A program made the translations under genes and the position numbers. A model generated the notes under the pieces. It saw only the letters and a program-made list of their open reading frames with translations. It searched no databases and was not told the origin of the DNA. Positions 12,989-25,998 of a stretch of DNA of 64,000 bases are shown here, in pieces (within the stretch, counting starts at the first letter, position 1; each line of letters begins with the position of its first letter). Source of the stretch: Geosiphon pyriformis uo1 (taxonomy: Eukaryota > Fungi > Glomeromycota); NCBI GenBank assembly GCA_016748015.1, contig JAAOMT010000519.1, forward strand, positions 140,046-204,045, given 5' to 3'.

Positions 12989-13492
12989 GGCGTCTTAGAT
13001 TTCGATGGCGGATCGTGAGTCTCCTAATCATGATAACCAATAATTGATATACCAATGTTTGGGGAAGCAAATAACTATACAACGGAAAATTTCAAAATTG
13101 GTTAGGTAATTCATTAACTTTTTGATCTTAACGATTACCTATTTATTTGCAGCTTATTATAATATTTATAGTTAAAGGCATACATCTTTCTTATTTTAAA
13201 TTTAAGCATGGCTCACAATACAAAAAATTTGATGGTTATTTTATGGTTTGATGCCTGAGATTTCTTAACAAATAGTTAACACAATTAAAAAATAAACGTT
13301 TTCAATTTTTTAATAAAAACCTTAGTTATAAAGTGTTACAATAAAATTTTTCCCCTTGAAAGAATAATATTTTTGGATTTTATCGCGATATATATCAATA
13401 CTTGGGGCAAAAAAAACATATACCAAACATTCACTATAATAAAGTCGATTAAATTAAGACGTTAAAAAAACCCTTAATCTATTCTATAAAAG

Positions 13493-14860
13493 ATGTTTAA
13501 CATCTCAAAATTTTGGTTTTCCCTAACCTTCGTATTTGGAATAAGTTATCATCTATTAACCAACATTACACAATCAAGTTTATTATCATTTAGCGATATA
13601 ATATCATCATCATCATCATCATCATCATCCAATTTCAAAAAAGCATTTACCTATTCGAAAAGCAATTTCATAACTCGTACATTTGACATACTAAAAAATG
13701 GACAATTATCTCTTGATCGAAAAGTGTGGAGTGATCAAGAGATTATTCTTAGCAGTAGAGGCTCATCTAATACAGATCACAAATTACCAGTATCAATTGC
13801 TAATAATTCCTTCATTGTTAACATATTAACTGAAGCTGCAATGTTAACAAGTATATTCTATTCTAACGAAGGAACCGGAAAAGAACTAATCCCAGGAATT
13901 TTTGGTATCTTGAATTTTTTTATTTTATGGCAAAGCTCACAGCTCTAATTCAAATTTAAATTTCAGTAAAAATAACTATCACTCCAACAAATCAGCCAGG
14001 AGCTTCAACGTTCAATATAATTTTCAAAGGATTGAAACTATCCTTTCAAGAATGGATGACAAGAGAATATTCGTTAGTGAAGGCTCGGGAATTCGACGCA
14101 AAAGTCGATAAAGTTTTTTTGAATCAATGGAGAAAAATGGCCCCAATACTTTCTAAGGAATTGCTTACAATTCAGAATTTCCTTAAAAGTGGACCACGCA
14201 CTTTTCAATTAACGATAATAGGTCATGGTATTGGAGCTGGTAATTGTTTATTTCGTAGCAAGAAATTGAAATTTGATTTAACAAGCTTGTATTAATTAAA
14301 ATCTATACCTCAAAGTTTTTGCAGTCTTGACGAGTTTCATTCTCAGTCCACTCCTTCAGGAACTTAGCAACTCAAATATAAGGGTTATCACCTTCGGTGA
14401 ACCAAGAATTGGCAATTTTGAATTCGCCATGAATTTCAATTCGATGACTATGATAAACCTTGAGGTTTATCGTGTCATCTTGGACGATGATTATGTCCCG
14501 CGCTTACCAATTTCAGGTAGCCGACGTTTATCTCATCATGTTACTGAAATTTGGATTCCGCCAGAGTGTGAATGTGTAAATGAGTCCGGGGATAGGCTTA
14601 TTTATCAATGTTATGGAAAGGTAGTTGATATGAATAAGGGGATTGTTGAGGAGAGTCAGGTATTATCATTATTATTATTATTGCATATATTATCATTATT
14701 ATTATTATTGCATATATTATCATTATTATTTTAAGATCTATTAAATCGAGTAAACTAAATTTTGTAGTTATGTAATAATCGATACAAATTTTTTGAAAAT
14801 AAAGCCCATTACGGTCCTTACTTTGGACATATGATTAACTACAATAATCCGACTCAATAA
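13493..14860 (+). CDS. Class-3 lipase-like protein lacking the nucleophilic Ser (GHGIGA); probable pseudo-lipase
   Basis: Exons 13493-13904, 13967-14239, 14316-14659, 14768-14860. N-terminal hydrophobic signal; IIFKG; IIGHGIGAVFA; ITFGEPRIGN; DDDYVPRLP; HHVTEIWI; CECV; AHYGPYFG. Confidence 0.88.
14661..14731. repeat. 27-bp tandem repeat x~2.6 inside lipase intron 3
   Basis: Unit TATTATCATTATTATTATTATTGCATA is repeated. Confidence 0.85.
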
Positions 14861-17800
14861 GAAAATAATTGCCATTGTTGTTGGGAAATCCAGGAGATTA
14901 AAAAAGTTTGTCATTTGATTGGAGTGGGGAGTATTAACGGATACATGTATAGGGTAACTTCCGTTAATCCGAAGTTGATTGTGCTTTGGGTTAACAGAAT
15001 CGTTGGTTAACAGTCTGCCAACTATTCTAAAAATTCACCATTTATTCAGAAGATCACTTCGGATTGTCCATCTTCGGTTTAAAGAGAGCCACAATAGTCT
15101 ATTTGGAACCTCATGTAGCAAGTTTACGTACATCAAATCATAAGAATTTTCATAATTTTACCTTTGTTTTCGGAACAAGAATAACGCAATAAATCCAAAG
15201 GTTATTACAGCAATGTTCACGACTACCATAAATTTCCCTAATCGGAAACATTTTTATTGTGTCTTTTTGCTAATATTGAATTTTTTTGATTTCTTATTGC
15301 AAGTTTCTAGTGATTAAAGGCTTTTTATAGTTTATAATGTCTTTAATTTGTCATTTACCAGCCTGCGAAATTGTGAGAGTCTAACTTTTGGAAGGACTGA
15401 TTGCAAATGTGCAACAGTGGTTTTAATCCTATTCAAGCAGTTCTAAATATTTTTATTTCTTGATTCGATTTTAAAACTAAATTTTAAAATCATTCAATCT
15501 GAATGTTATTAGAAGCTATAAACCATTGATCAAGTGCTATTTGATATTAATCCCCATTTCCTAATAGTAAATTGAATTGATTTAGGAAGACTCTGATAAT
15601 TTTTGGCATTAAAATCAAAGATATAAGAGTTTTTAAATTCACATCTATGAATATTAAAGTTAACGTCAACTCTCTTCATTTTACGGCGTTATTTTTTTTT
15701 AGATAATTGAAGATAGAAAACAAAAGTCAATAACTTTTGGTGATTTTACCCTTTCATATTTGTTATAATTTCGAAATTTTAGATACAATGCATGGACTTT
15801 CAATTGATTTTAGCATAATTATTTTTAATTTAGATTCCGTAACAGTAGTTATCATTATAATTTGATAAATGACTCATGCAAGTCATACTTAATTGAAGTT
15901 TTAAAACTTTTATTATGTAAATAGTATTGATCGGAAGGATTTTTTTACAAAGTATAAATTATGATGGTAAAATGAAGTGTGGAAAAACAATGAAATGCAA
16001 GTGAAAATAAAATTTATCAAAACATCTTTGAAGACCAATGGTAAAATTCTTTTTATTAATTACAGCATGTAACAAAAAAAGAGAAAAATTATTCGCAAAT
16101 AAAAAAATTTGCATTGTTTTCCAATTTAAATTAGAATGTAATTTTACAAAATATTTAATTATTTATTATATTTAGATCTATATACATAATTAGCATTCTT
16201 TAATACTTATATTATAATACATTCTCTGTAACTTATATTTGAATATTTTATTTGATATTTTGATATTGATAAAATATTATATATTCAAGGATTGTATAAT
16301 ACATTTACATAATTTGATTTCATATATACTATTCAGTATTTGGTTTTTCATTTATATTATTAATTGATGTAATCAATTTTTTTTATAAACATTATCCAAT
16401 TTATTTATATAACTTTTTTTAAATTTCCAAAATTTATACAATAATTGATAATAATAATAAAAAAATATATTTGAATTTTATTCTAAATTCAAGTTTATTC
16501 TCAATATATACACTTATAAATAAACGAATCTGGTAAATAATTAAAATTGTTAAAATTTTTTTATAACAATTTGAAAATTGAATAATATATGTATATCACA
16601 ACATGATATTAAAATAAGTTATTAATTGTTTTGTATGTGATATTTATTAAAGTTTGGAAAAGCAATTAACAAAAAAACCGTTTTTTAAACAATATTATTA
16701 AAATAATAATAAATTTTTTAATAAGATATGTAATGAGAAGTTAATAGCTTTATTTATAATGTTAATATTCATCAGTTAAATGTAAATAATCATATTAAAT
16801 TTACAAAAATATATAATTTATACACATATTAAAAGCATGAATTTAAATAGTATAATAAATAAAAAAACCAAAGCCAAAGCATGAATTTAAAATAATTATA
16901 AAAAGATACATAAGATAATTAAATATTTCTTTCTAAATAAAAAAATAACTAGTTTATTGCCAATATAAAATATATAATTTTAAAAAGTTTTCAATATTAA
17001 TTATAAAGTTTTTTTAGTTTTTATTAATATGATTAAATTGGTAGATTTTTAAAATCAGTTGAGGTATAACCAAACTAATAAAAAAAGATAAAATTTGGAA
17101 TTAAAGAAAATTAATAAAACCCAATAGTTAAATTTTAAGGTTGGCACATTTTTATTTGCTTTTAATTATTTGTTTATCTTTAATAATTTTAAAATTTGTG
17201 ATAATACAAATATTATATAAATTGAATTTTTTTGTTCAAAGTTTAATGTTTTCTAACAAAATTTTTTTTTAGTCTTAGAAAACATATTTATAAAACGAAT
17301 ATTTGTTGGTAAGTTAATAATAAAAGTTGTATTAAAAAAAACTTTAAATAATATTGCAAGATATGTACAAAATATACAATTTTGTTAATTGACCACATTT
17401 GAAAAAAACCTTGCAATAGATTAAAAAATTTTATGTACAATTTATTGGGTTTTGATATTTCAAAATTTTATATTCACTATATTAAATAAATTTTTCTTTA
17501 ATGTTATATACATTTTTTGTGCAAAAATATTTAAAAAAATATCAATATTTAATAAATCTTCAATTTACTTTATAAATAAAATTTTCAGCTTTTTTCATAT
17601 TATTCTATATATTGAACTTGATAATAAAATATCAATTAAAAGATTAAATCCAAGTAAATATTATTGATTGTAAAAAAAACCAATACGATTAGCAAAAATT
17701 CAAAACTTTAAAAAATTTTTATGGTATTTCTTAACAGTTTGATGTTTTTTTTTTGCTTTTGATACACTCTATACTTATGCATTTAAAATATTGCAAACCA

Positions 17801-17907
17801 AAAGCATAATAAATAATTATAATTTAATTGGAAAGCATAAAAAAAAGTTGTCCACAATTTTCTGTTAACCGTCAATTTCTTTTGTCAATACAAAAATTAT
17901 CCCTATA

Positions 17908-18288
17908 CAGTCAACTCTCTCTAAATCCACACCCTGGGAATCAACTTTTTAGTGTACATTTAAAGAAGTGTGCATTTAGAAAATAGCCAATATTATTATT
18001 GCATATGACTTTTAATACTTATAAAATCTTATTAAGCTTACAAAAAAGTTATAATGCTAACTCGTTTCAATGAAGCATTTTGAAGTCTTTATGCAACTTT
18101 AATAAATTTTAACTTCAATATGCAAAAACTTTTTTTCGTTGTCGACATGATTTTCGCAATATGATTACAAAATTTGATAGGTGTGATCATGAGATGTGCA
18201 CTCATGAAGAAAGATTATATATAGATAGGTCCGAAAAATAATGTGCACTTAGAGAGGGTGTGCATTTAGGGAGTGTGAGGGTTGACTA
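17908..18288. mobile_element. Degenerate pogo/Tigger-like MITE
   Basis: Left end TA|CAGTCAACTCTCTCTAAATCCACACC; right end reverse-complemented TA|TAGTCAACCCTC(ACA)CTCCCTAAATGCACACC. TA flanks on both sides and internal repeats of GTGCA(T/C)TTAG. Confidence 0.6.
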
Positions 18289-18927
18289 TATATAACAGAG
18301 ACCAATATTGGGAAAATCCAAATGTTAAAACAAGTTTTAGGAAGCTATGTTAAAATCTTTGAATTTATTGTTTATCTGAAAAAAACTTGTATCAAAAATC
18401 TGTGATTTTGTTAACTTCTTCAATACATATAATTTGAATTCAGAAATTTTGGAGTCACATTATTAACGCATTCAGAGGGTGCTTGACATATTATTGATCA
18501 GATGAGCGAAATTCGCATCAAAGTTGATAATTGAGCGTTAAGTGGTTAACTTTTTAATGAATTTAGAGCATTGGTATAATTCAGATTTCACCGTTAATTA
18601 AATTTGTTTATATCGAATTGTAACAAGTATAGATCTTTCAAACAAAGGAGCTACATTTCTCAGCTTTATTTTGGAATAAAAGCTTGCAGTCATTCAACAA
18701 ACGTAAAATTGACCCTTTAAAACCCAATTTATTGTCGGATGGCTTGATTTAAAGCAAGGCTTTTTAAAGATTTGGTTTCAACCATTTTATTCTCGAGAGT
18801 GGATTAATTATAAAAGAAAAGATTAATAGTAAGAAAAAAAAGAAAAAATCACGGTTTATTGACTGGTTAAAATAAAATAAATTTTAGAATTTCCAAGTCG
18901 TTTCAAACATGAAGAAATCTATGTTCA

Positions 18928-19927
18928 TTAATCGTAGAGTTGCCTTCCAGCTCCACATGTAGCCGTCACAACAGCCTCCAATGTATCAGCATCGGTTTTG
19001 TACAGCGCTTCAGCCAATGGATTTTCAAAAGGAAAACTAGCACCAAACTCTTGCCAAACACTCACAATCGATCGGTAACATGCGCTACAAAAAATTATCT
19101 CGTTAAGCGGAACTTCATAAGTTTTGGTGATATTTGCTGGTGTAGTGATATTTGGGATAGTAATGTTGCGATCGAATATGATTCGGGACTCCAATGGGCT
19201 TAAGTTGAGATTACTTTCAACAGTTTTACCAGCTGTGATAGTATGAACATAGTCCTTTGTTTGGGCATAAATATCAAGCGAGCAATAGCCTTTTTTCAAA
19301 GAATTGAAGGATTGAAGAATTTTTATGTTTAATCAAATCATCTAATTAATTAAAAAAGAAATCAATCTAAAAAAAGATTCATAACATACCAAGATTTGGA
19401 TCTTTGAAACAGTAACTTCTCCTAGTCCTCAAAGCCAAATATGCGTTTCGAACGACTTCACCCGCTTCAAAACCAAGTTCTATATCAGGGGTCAACTCAT
19501 TTTTTCTCTCTGCAGTACAATTCTTATTATGCAAATATTCTATCGCTTTTGTAAGTTCATAATCACAGTCCTGTTGAATAAGCGTGATCAAGTTTCTAAC
19601 GCCACCTTCATCACATCTCTGTCCGCAAAATTCATCTAATCGTGTTTCATTAAAGTCCTGGTTGATTATTTGTGTTCCGTCATAATCGCAAGTTTTGAAA
19701 TTGGCAATTGTGGGTGACGTGTATAATTGTCTTTGACAAGAGTTACAGTTAGGGACGTTATAGAAACCTTCACAGCTGAACCTATTTTCATATTCCCCAT
19801 TCTCAATTGTGTCTACTACTATTTGTTGAGACCCAGTCTCACTTGGCACTGTTTGTTGAGGTATAGATTCTACTATCAAAAGAGTTGATAAAATCAATAA
19901 TTGAAATAGAAAAAACTTGTTGGCCAT
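18928..19927 (-). CDS. Secreted Cys-rich protein, ~299 aa, unknown function
   Basis: Exons 19927-19390 and 19289-18928 (G|GTATGT..AAAG|GC). Signal peptide MANKFFLFQLLILSTLLIVES; 13 Cys by my count; several NxT sequons. Confidence 0.82.
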
Positions 19928-19950
19928 TTTGCAATTGAGTTTTTTTTTTT

Positions 19951-20750
19951 NNNNNNNNNNNNNNNNNNNNNNNNNNNNNNNNNNNNNNNNNNNNNNNNNN
20001 NNNNNNNNNNNNNNNNNNNNNNNNNNNNNNNNNNNNNNNNNNNNNNNNNNNNNNNNNNNNNNNNNNNNNNNNNNNNNNNNNNNNNNNNNNNNNNNNNNNN
20101 NNNNNNNNNNNNNNNNNNNNNNNNNNNNNNNNNNNNNNNNNNNNNNNNNNNNNNNNNNNNNNNNNNNNNNNNNNNNNNNNNNNNNNNNNNNNNNNNNNNN
20201 NNNNNNNNNNNNNNNNNNNNNNNNNNNNNNNNNNNNNNNNNNNNNNNNNNNNNNNNNNNNNNNNNNNNNNNNNNNNNNNNNNNNNNNNNNNNNNNNNNNN
20301 NNNNNNNNNNNNNNNNNNNNNNNNNNNNNNNNNNNNNNNNNNNNNNNNNNNNNNNNNNNNNNNNNNNNNNNNNNNNNNNNNNNNNNNNNNNNNNNNNNNN
20401 NNNNNNNNNNNNNNNNNNNNNNNNNNNNNNNNNNNNNNNNNNNNNNNNNNNNNNNNNNNNNNNNNNNNNNNNNNNNNNNNNNNNNNNNNNNNNNNNNNNN
20501 NNNNNNNNNNNNNNNNNNNNNNNNNNNNNNNNNNNNNNNNNNNNNNNNNNNNNNNNNNNNNNNNNNNNNNNNNNNNNNNNNNNNNNNNNNNNNNNNNNNN
20601 NNNNNNNNNNNNNNNNNNNNNNNNNNNNNNNNNNNNNNNNNNNNNNNNNNNNNNNNNNNNNNNNNNNNNNNNNNNNNNNNNNNNNNNNNNNNNNNNNNNN
20701 NNNNNNNNNNNNNNNNNNNNNNNNNNNNNNNNNNNNNNNNNNNNNNNNNA
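19951..20750. other. Assembly gap (800 N)
   Basis: Run of N. Confidence 1.
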
Positions 20751-23700
20751 TAAGATCTGAAATCTTTCCAAAGGAGATTCTGATTCTTTCATTTAGTTCA
20801 TTATTTGCAATTTCATCAAACTCAAAGTTCCTACATGACCGTCAAGATAGCATCGAGTCAGACCCCAAAGTGGATACGTATATGTAGGATAGATTATTTA
20901 TCTTCAAAGGAAACGGGTGATAGCTTTTAGATTTCAAGGCATCGGTGCCCGAAACAAGGTCAAGTACTAAACTTTTTGCAATCTCATCAACAAGATTAGG
21001 GATTACCAGAATTAGATATATTGGAAAACTGTTCTTGTTTGCAAGTCTAACAAAATATATCAAATACACAATATATTTTCAAGAAATTCCCCAGTTTTGG
21101 GGATCCACCTAATCTTGAAGTATTTTTTGGATCATCTTCCTAAATACGTGTTAAAAACTTGATTGCTATTTCCAATTGCTTCTCTCGAGTTGCAAAAACC
21201 GATCTTTGCCATTTACATTTTACCAATAAGTAAATTTCAAAATCTAGTTTTTAATTCATTCATTAAAAGTGGTTGATGCACTCCACGGAACATTTAAATA
21301 AACCCTGGAGCACTTGAAAGAGTGCTGTCAAATCACCTGACCAAGAAAATAATAGAATCAGTGTTTAGAGGTTTTCCAAAAAATACATTGATGTAAATGT
21401 TAATATTCTAAGAAAAGCCTTCAATATTATCTTTAATTCTAAAAACTCATTTTTGTATGTTCAGACAAAAGATCAATTAATAAAATTAATGAATTAAAAG
21501 TCCAGAAATAATAATAGTCATTACTTTATTAAAAAGAAGCTGTTGTTATAGTCAGGTATTAGAAAACAAGTCGATTTGCGGAAAGCTGATGAGGTAGTTA
21601 TTTCGTCAACAGAGGAAATTGAATTTAAAACAAGAAGCTTTTTGTGGAGAGCCGTCGGCAGTTTTACAAACACAACCATGATTTCTTGCACAATCATGTG
21701 ATCAATATTTTTCATGTCGATGAAGTATAAGTTTGGACACTTACCATCTTACCAAATGATGAAGTTTCGTATGATTTTTATCCGCAAGGACTCAATTAAG
21801 ATAAAACATGATAAGCGATGAAAATCAACACATCAATTTGAAGGCTTCTTTAGCAATCTTTTGGTATCAAAAAGCTCGCAAATGTTAGTCTACGGGAAGT
21901 TTCGGATGCGGGTAACTCTCTGTGTAACAAAATTATGGGATGAACTTTCTAAATCTTCTACGTACATTTGGAACATTCTATTTCCTTATTTTTCTGTACC
22001 AGATTTGAGTTACGCTACACCATTTCATTTCATTTTTTGAAGTTTGAGAAGACGAGGGGTATGTTAACCTTTTTTCCAAGATTGATCAGATTAGCCGATT
22101 AAAACCAGTTGATTTTTTTAAGTCACATTTCGGATAATTAACGAGCCGATCAAGTTGGTTCTTTCGTTCTAGATTGCACCTTCTTGAAGGAGATAATAAT
22201 AGACAAAGAAATTTAATTTTCTTGGTTTCACTTTTCTTATTGCAACAATACTTCTCACTTTAAAAAATAAATTAAATATTATAGGTTTAACCAATTTGAA
22301 ATAATGGTTAGGCTAATATAAAGATTCATCAATGAATAAAGCAACTGAAAATACAAAAGAGCCATTTAATGATTTAAATTCTTGAACATTAATTATTGTA
22401 TTTTTTAATTATAATATAAATTAAGTTGTAAAAAATTTAAAATCTATGTTTTAAAATCTTAATTAAATTTTAATCCTTTTTTTAATGTAATATTTTTTTT
22501 TAAAATTGTGAATAATATTTTCAATAAATTAATTTATTCTTTTAAAGTTACATTTTTTTTTTCAAACTTTTTAATTTATCTTTTTAAATAAATTAACTTA
22601 GTATAAAAAGAAAAAATCTATATTTTTCTAAAAAAAATATTTCAAAGTTTAAAATTTTTAGATTGCAATTCAATTTCAATTTTTCAATTTTTCAATTTTT
22701 CATTAATTGTAGCAGACTCTTTAGATTCTCAGTATAGACCGAATTCATTAAAAATTCTTTCCCATGTTTTGAAACTATCTTTTTCGAGGAAAGATGTGAT
22801 CATTTTTCTGATCCTAAAAATTTGACATCCCATCATTCAATTTTAGATGATGACCAATCGGATCGAAGATTTGGTTCTGAGGCAGCGATTTATGTAAATT
22901 AAAAAAAAATGAAATGTTATTTATTTGGGATCACAGACCCATTTCTAGCTTGGCGTTAAACTCTCAAAATTGGTTGCGTTTCTGTTTTGTAACAATTTGA
23001 CCAAAATAAATGCTTTAATTTTAAAAATCTGTAGCCAATCCTCCATGATGCAGGCGTTATTTAACTTTTAGTCTCTTAATGGGTGTCCGCGCAATATTGA
23101 ACCTTAAAAATAGTGATCTGACCTAATGCAAACTTTCAATATTTTCAAAGTTTAATGGTAGGGGATTTTACCTCTGAAACAAATTGTAAGCATCATAAAA
23201 ACTAAATTTGCAAACAATCCAAAAAGCTTTTCAAAGTTTCCAAATACAACTGAAAACTATATTTATTTCAAATTTCCATGTTTATTATACTCTTTAAACT
23301 GGATAAAAAAATTTTTCAAAAACAGTTTGTGTCCTTGGTTCCAATTCAAGCATAATTATTCCTTCAAGTTATATTGAATTCTGAAAGGTTAAGTGAGAAA
23401 CCCCCAATAATAAATTATCATGATGAAAAGGAAGGAATATATTGTCACATTTAAATTTTGAAATAACATCACACCACACTGCATTCTGCCGATAATTTGC
23501 CTTATAAAGTTTTTTAAGTTTTTCACAATGATGCCAAACGTTTCACACTAATGATATTTTTGTATATGAGATTTCTTGCATGAAACTTGTTCATTATCAT
23601 GATGCAAAATGAGACAACTTTTTTGACAGCTCCCAAAACTAAATGATAATGATTGGTTTGGTTTGGTGGAGGGAATTGTGGATGGTTACGTATTTATGCA

Positions 23701-24392
23701 TTAGTGTTCTGTGTATCAACAAATATCATGATTTGCCAAAATGATTACTCTACTTTTTTGTTGTGTGTGGTCAGATGTTGTTAGTTGTGTTTTTTTTGTG
23801 AGAAAAATTCAACTTGGGAATCAAATTCTGCCCGTGATAGCCAAAAAAAAAACTTGAATGTTTAAGGCTGTACTTCAATTGGTCAGTGCGGGAGTAATCA
23901 AAAAAAAAATAGAAAAGGAGTTACGAGTAGAAGCTTCTGAGAAAACTGGTGGTAAATAAATTCCCCATTTCTTTTTAGGTTTACCATTTCTGTTCTATAG
24001 AATTCTGGATTCGTGCTAAATTACATGAAAATCAGAAATTTAGGTTTAACTTTTTGTGATGAGTAAAAAGGTAAATGAAACAAAATTATCTGTAAACATC
24101 AATATCTAGTCGATAATTACCAAATCCCAACCTTTTAAAAATTCTTAAGTTTTTTTTAAAGTTAATAAATAAATGAAATTTCAGCTTCCAAAATCTCCAA
24201 ATGATTACACAAAGACATAATATAGGGAATTAATGAAATCATGCATTAAAGTTAATGTACACAATTTTTGGTGATGTTTGGTAACCCCCCCCCCTCCCCC
24301 CTCCCCCCTTGCTTTCAACTAATATTTCTGGGAATAGCTTATATCGCTCAATTTGTCATATCAAATTTATTGGAGGGGTGGGTAAAGAATAG

Positions 24393-24394
<2 letters not shown>

Positions 24395-24469
<75 letters not shown>
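24395..24469. repeat. Compound (ATC)n(ATT)n microsatellite
   Basis: Read directly from the sequence; it generates spurious polyH/polyY and polyM/polyI ORFs. Confidence 0.95.
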
Positions 24470-25830
24470 TGCTTAGGAAAACAGGTAAAAAAGCATTCTT
24501 TTTTCGGTATTTTACTTTCTTTGCTATACAAAACGAGCCAAAATAATGGGTAGATATGCGAAAAAATACTAAATGCGTCGTAATTAATAACATCATTAGC
24601 TAACTGATTGTTGACCGTCAAAGGGGAAAGCAATCGAAATATTTAAACGTCATAGCTGTCAAAAATCAGTACATCGGCAATCATTTATTAGTCAATCATA
24701 AACTTATCATCATTATTAATCAAGCGTTCAATTGATAAAAATGAAATGCTCCCTTCCCCCTCATCCCTCACCCCACCCTCTACATCTTGCCAATTCAGGC
24801 TGTTTTCAAAAAAAAAAATCAAAGAATAATTTAAAACATATCGACACTTACATCTGATCCGCTGACATCTTGAGAATACTTTTTTACAAACCAAATTAAA
24901 TTTAAACACAAAACTGTTGCAAGACAACAATCATTGATATTGTCTCCATTAAGGTCCCACGACTTCATATCTAATCTAAATTCAGAAAATAATATGTGTG
25001 CAAAAGTTGATTGTTCATTTTTATCTGCCGTCGTTTATTTCAAGAAGGAAACTGGCAAAGCACATGCAGCTGCTTAGCATCAACTAAAAAAAGTTACTAT
25101 CAAGGAGATATTTTAAAAAAAGATTAAAAACTAAAATTAATAGAATGAGAAAATTTGTGGACTAACGAGCGAAAAGAAATCTAGGTAAAAGGATTTAAAA
25201 AAAACCAACCATAAGCATATCGCAAAATTAATAAATCGTCTGCTATTCTGCCAAGCCTGCATTAAAAATTATTTGAGATCAAAATTTTTCCTCCTCCATC
25301 ACCATCAAGACTTTAAGAATTAGATTGTCCGACAATGCTTTTTTAATATTGCTACAGTAGGTAATAGTGATACAAAAGGTTGTGTGAGAATACACACTTT
25401 TGTGTACAACTTAACCAGAGATAGGGTATTGCTTTTGTCGGTGGATGTGTCCGTTTCAGGTCTGAAAATCGCCAAGTTTGTTTGTCATTTATCGGGTGAT
25501 ACTACAAATAAGAAAAAATCAAAATTTAGTTTGCAATCAATTCATCTGTAAATTTTTGTGATCTCTTATATGTCATCATCACAATCAATATTTCGAATAA
25601 AGGTGATTATAACTTCTCATTTATGTTTACTATATAAAGGCCGGGTTCGGGTAGATGAAAAACGGTGGGAATTTATTCTCTTGATTGGGGTTTCCCTCTT
25701 TTTGTTCGGGTCAAAGGGAAATTCCTCTCAGCATGAATATTCCTCACTCCCTCAACATCCTTTATCATTAACTTTTTTACCATGAAATCTCGTCTTTAAC
25801 CTACCCCTCACAATTTGATTCGCCCCGTCA

Positions 25831-25998
25831 GTGTGCGGTTTCTGAGTCATAGCGAAAACAATTATGAATATGATTTCCTATAGGCATTTAATGGGTATTT
25901 AAATGTTTCCCCATTTTAATATTTTGTCACATACACCAATCAAAGACCATATTGTCTTTAACCTCCCCTGTTTTCATGCTGACTCAGAAACCGCACAC
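25831..25998. repeat. Inverted repeat (19-bp perfect arms, ~30 bp with mismatches), each arm containing TGAGTCA/TGACTCA
   Basis: GTGTGCGGTTTCTGAGTCA at 25831-25849 is the reverse complement of TGACTCAGAAACCGCACAC at 25980-25998. Confidence 0.85.

Noticed and set aside
19839-20792. Long ORFs of 317 and 278 aa in the ORF track
   Set aside because: Artefacts of the N gap.
20751-22250. Possible decayed minus-strand gene next to the gap
   Set aside because: Only short frames interrupted by stops; no motif or consistent splice model.
24268-24633. polyHis/polyTyr and polyIle/polyMet ORFs
   Set aside because: Translations of the (ATC)n(ATT)n microsatellite.
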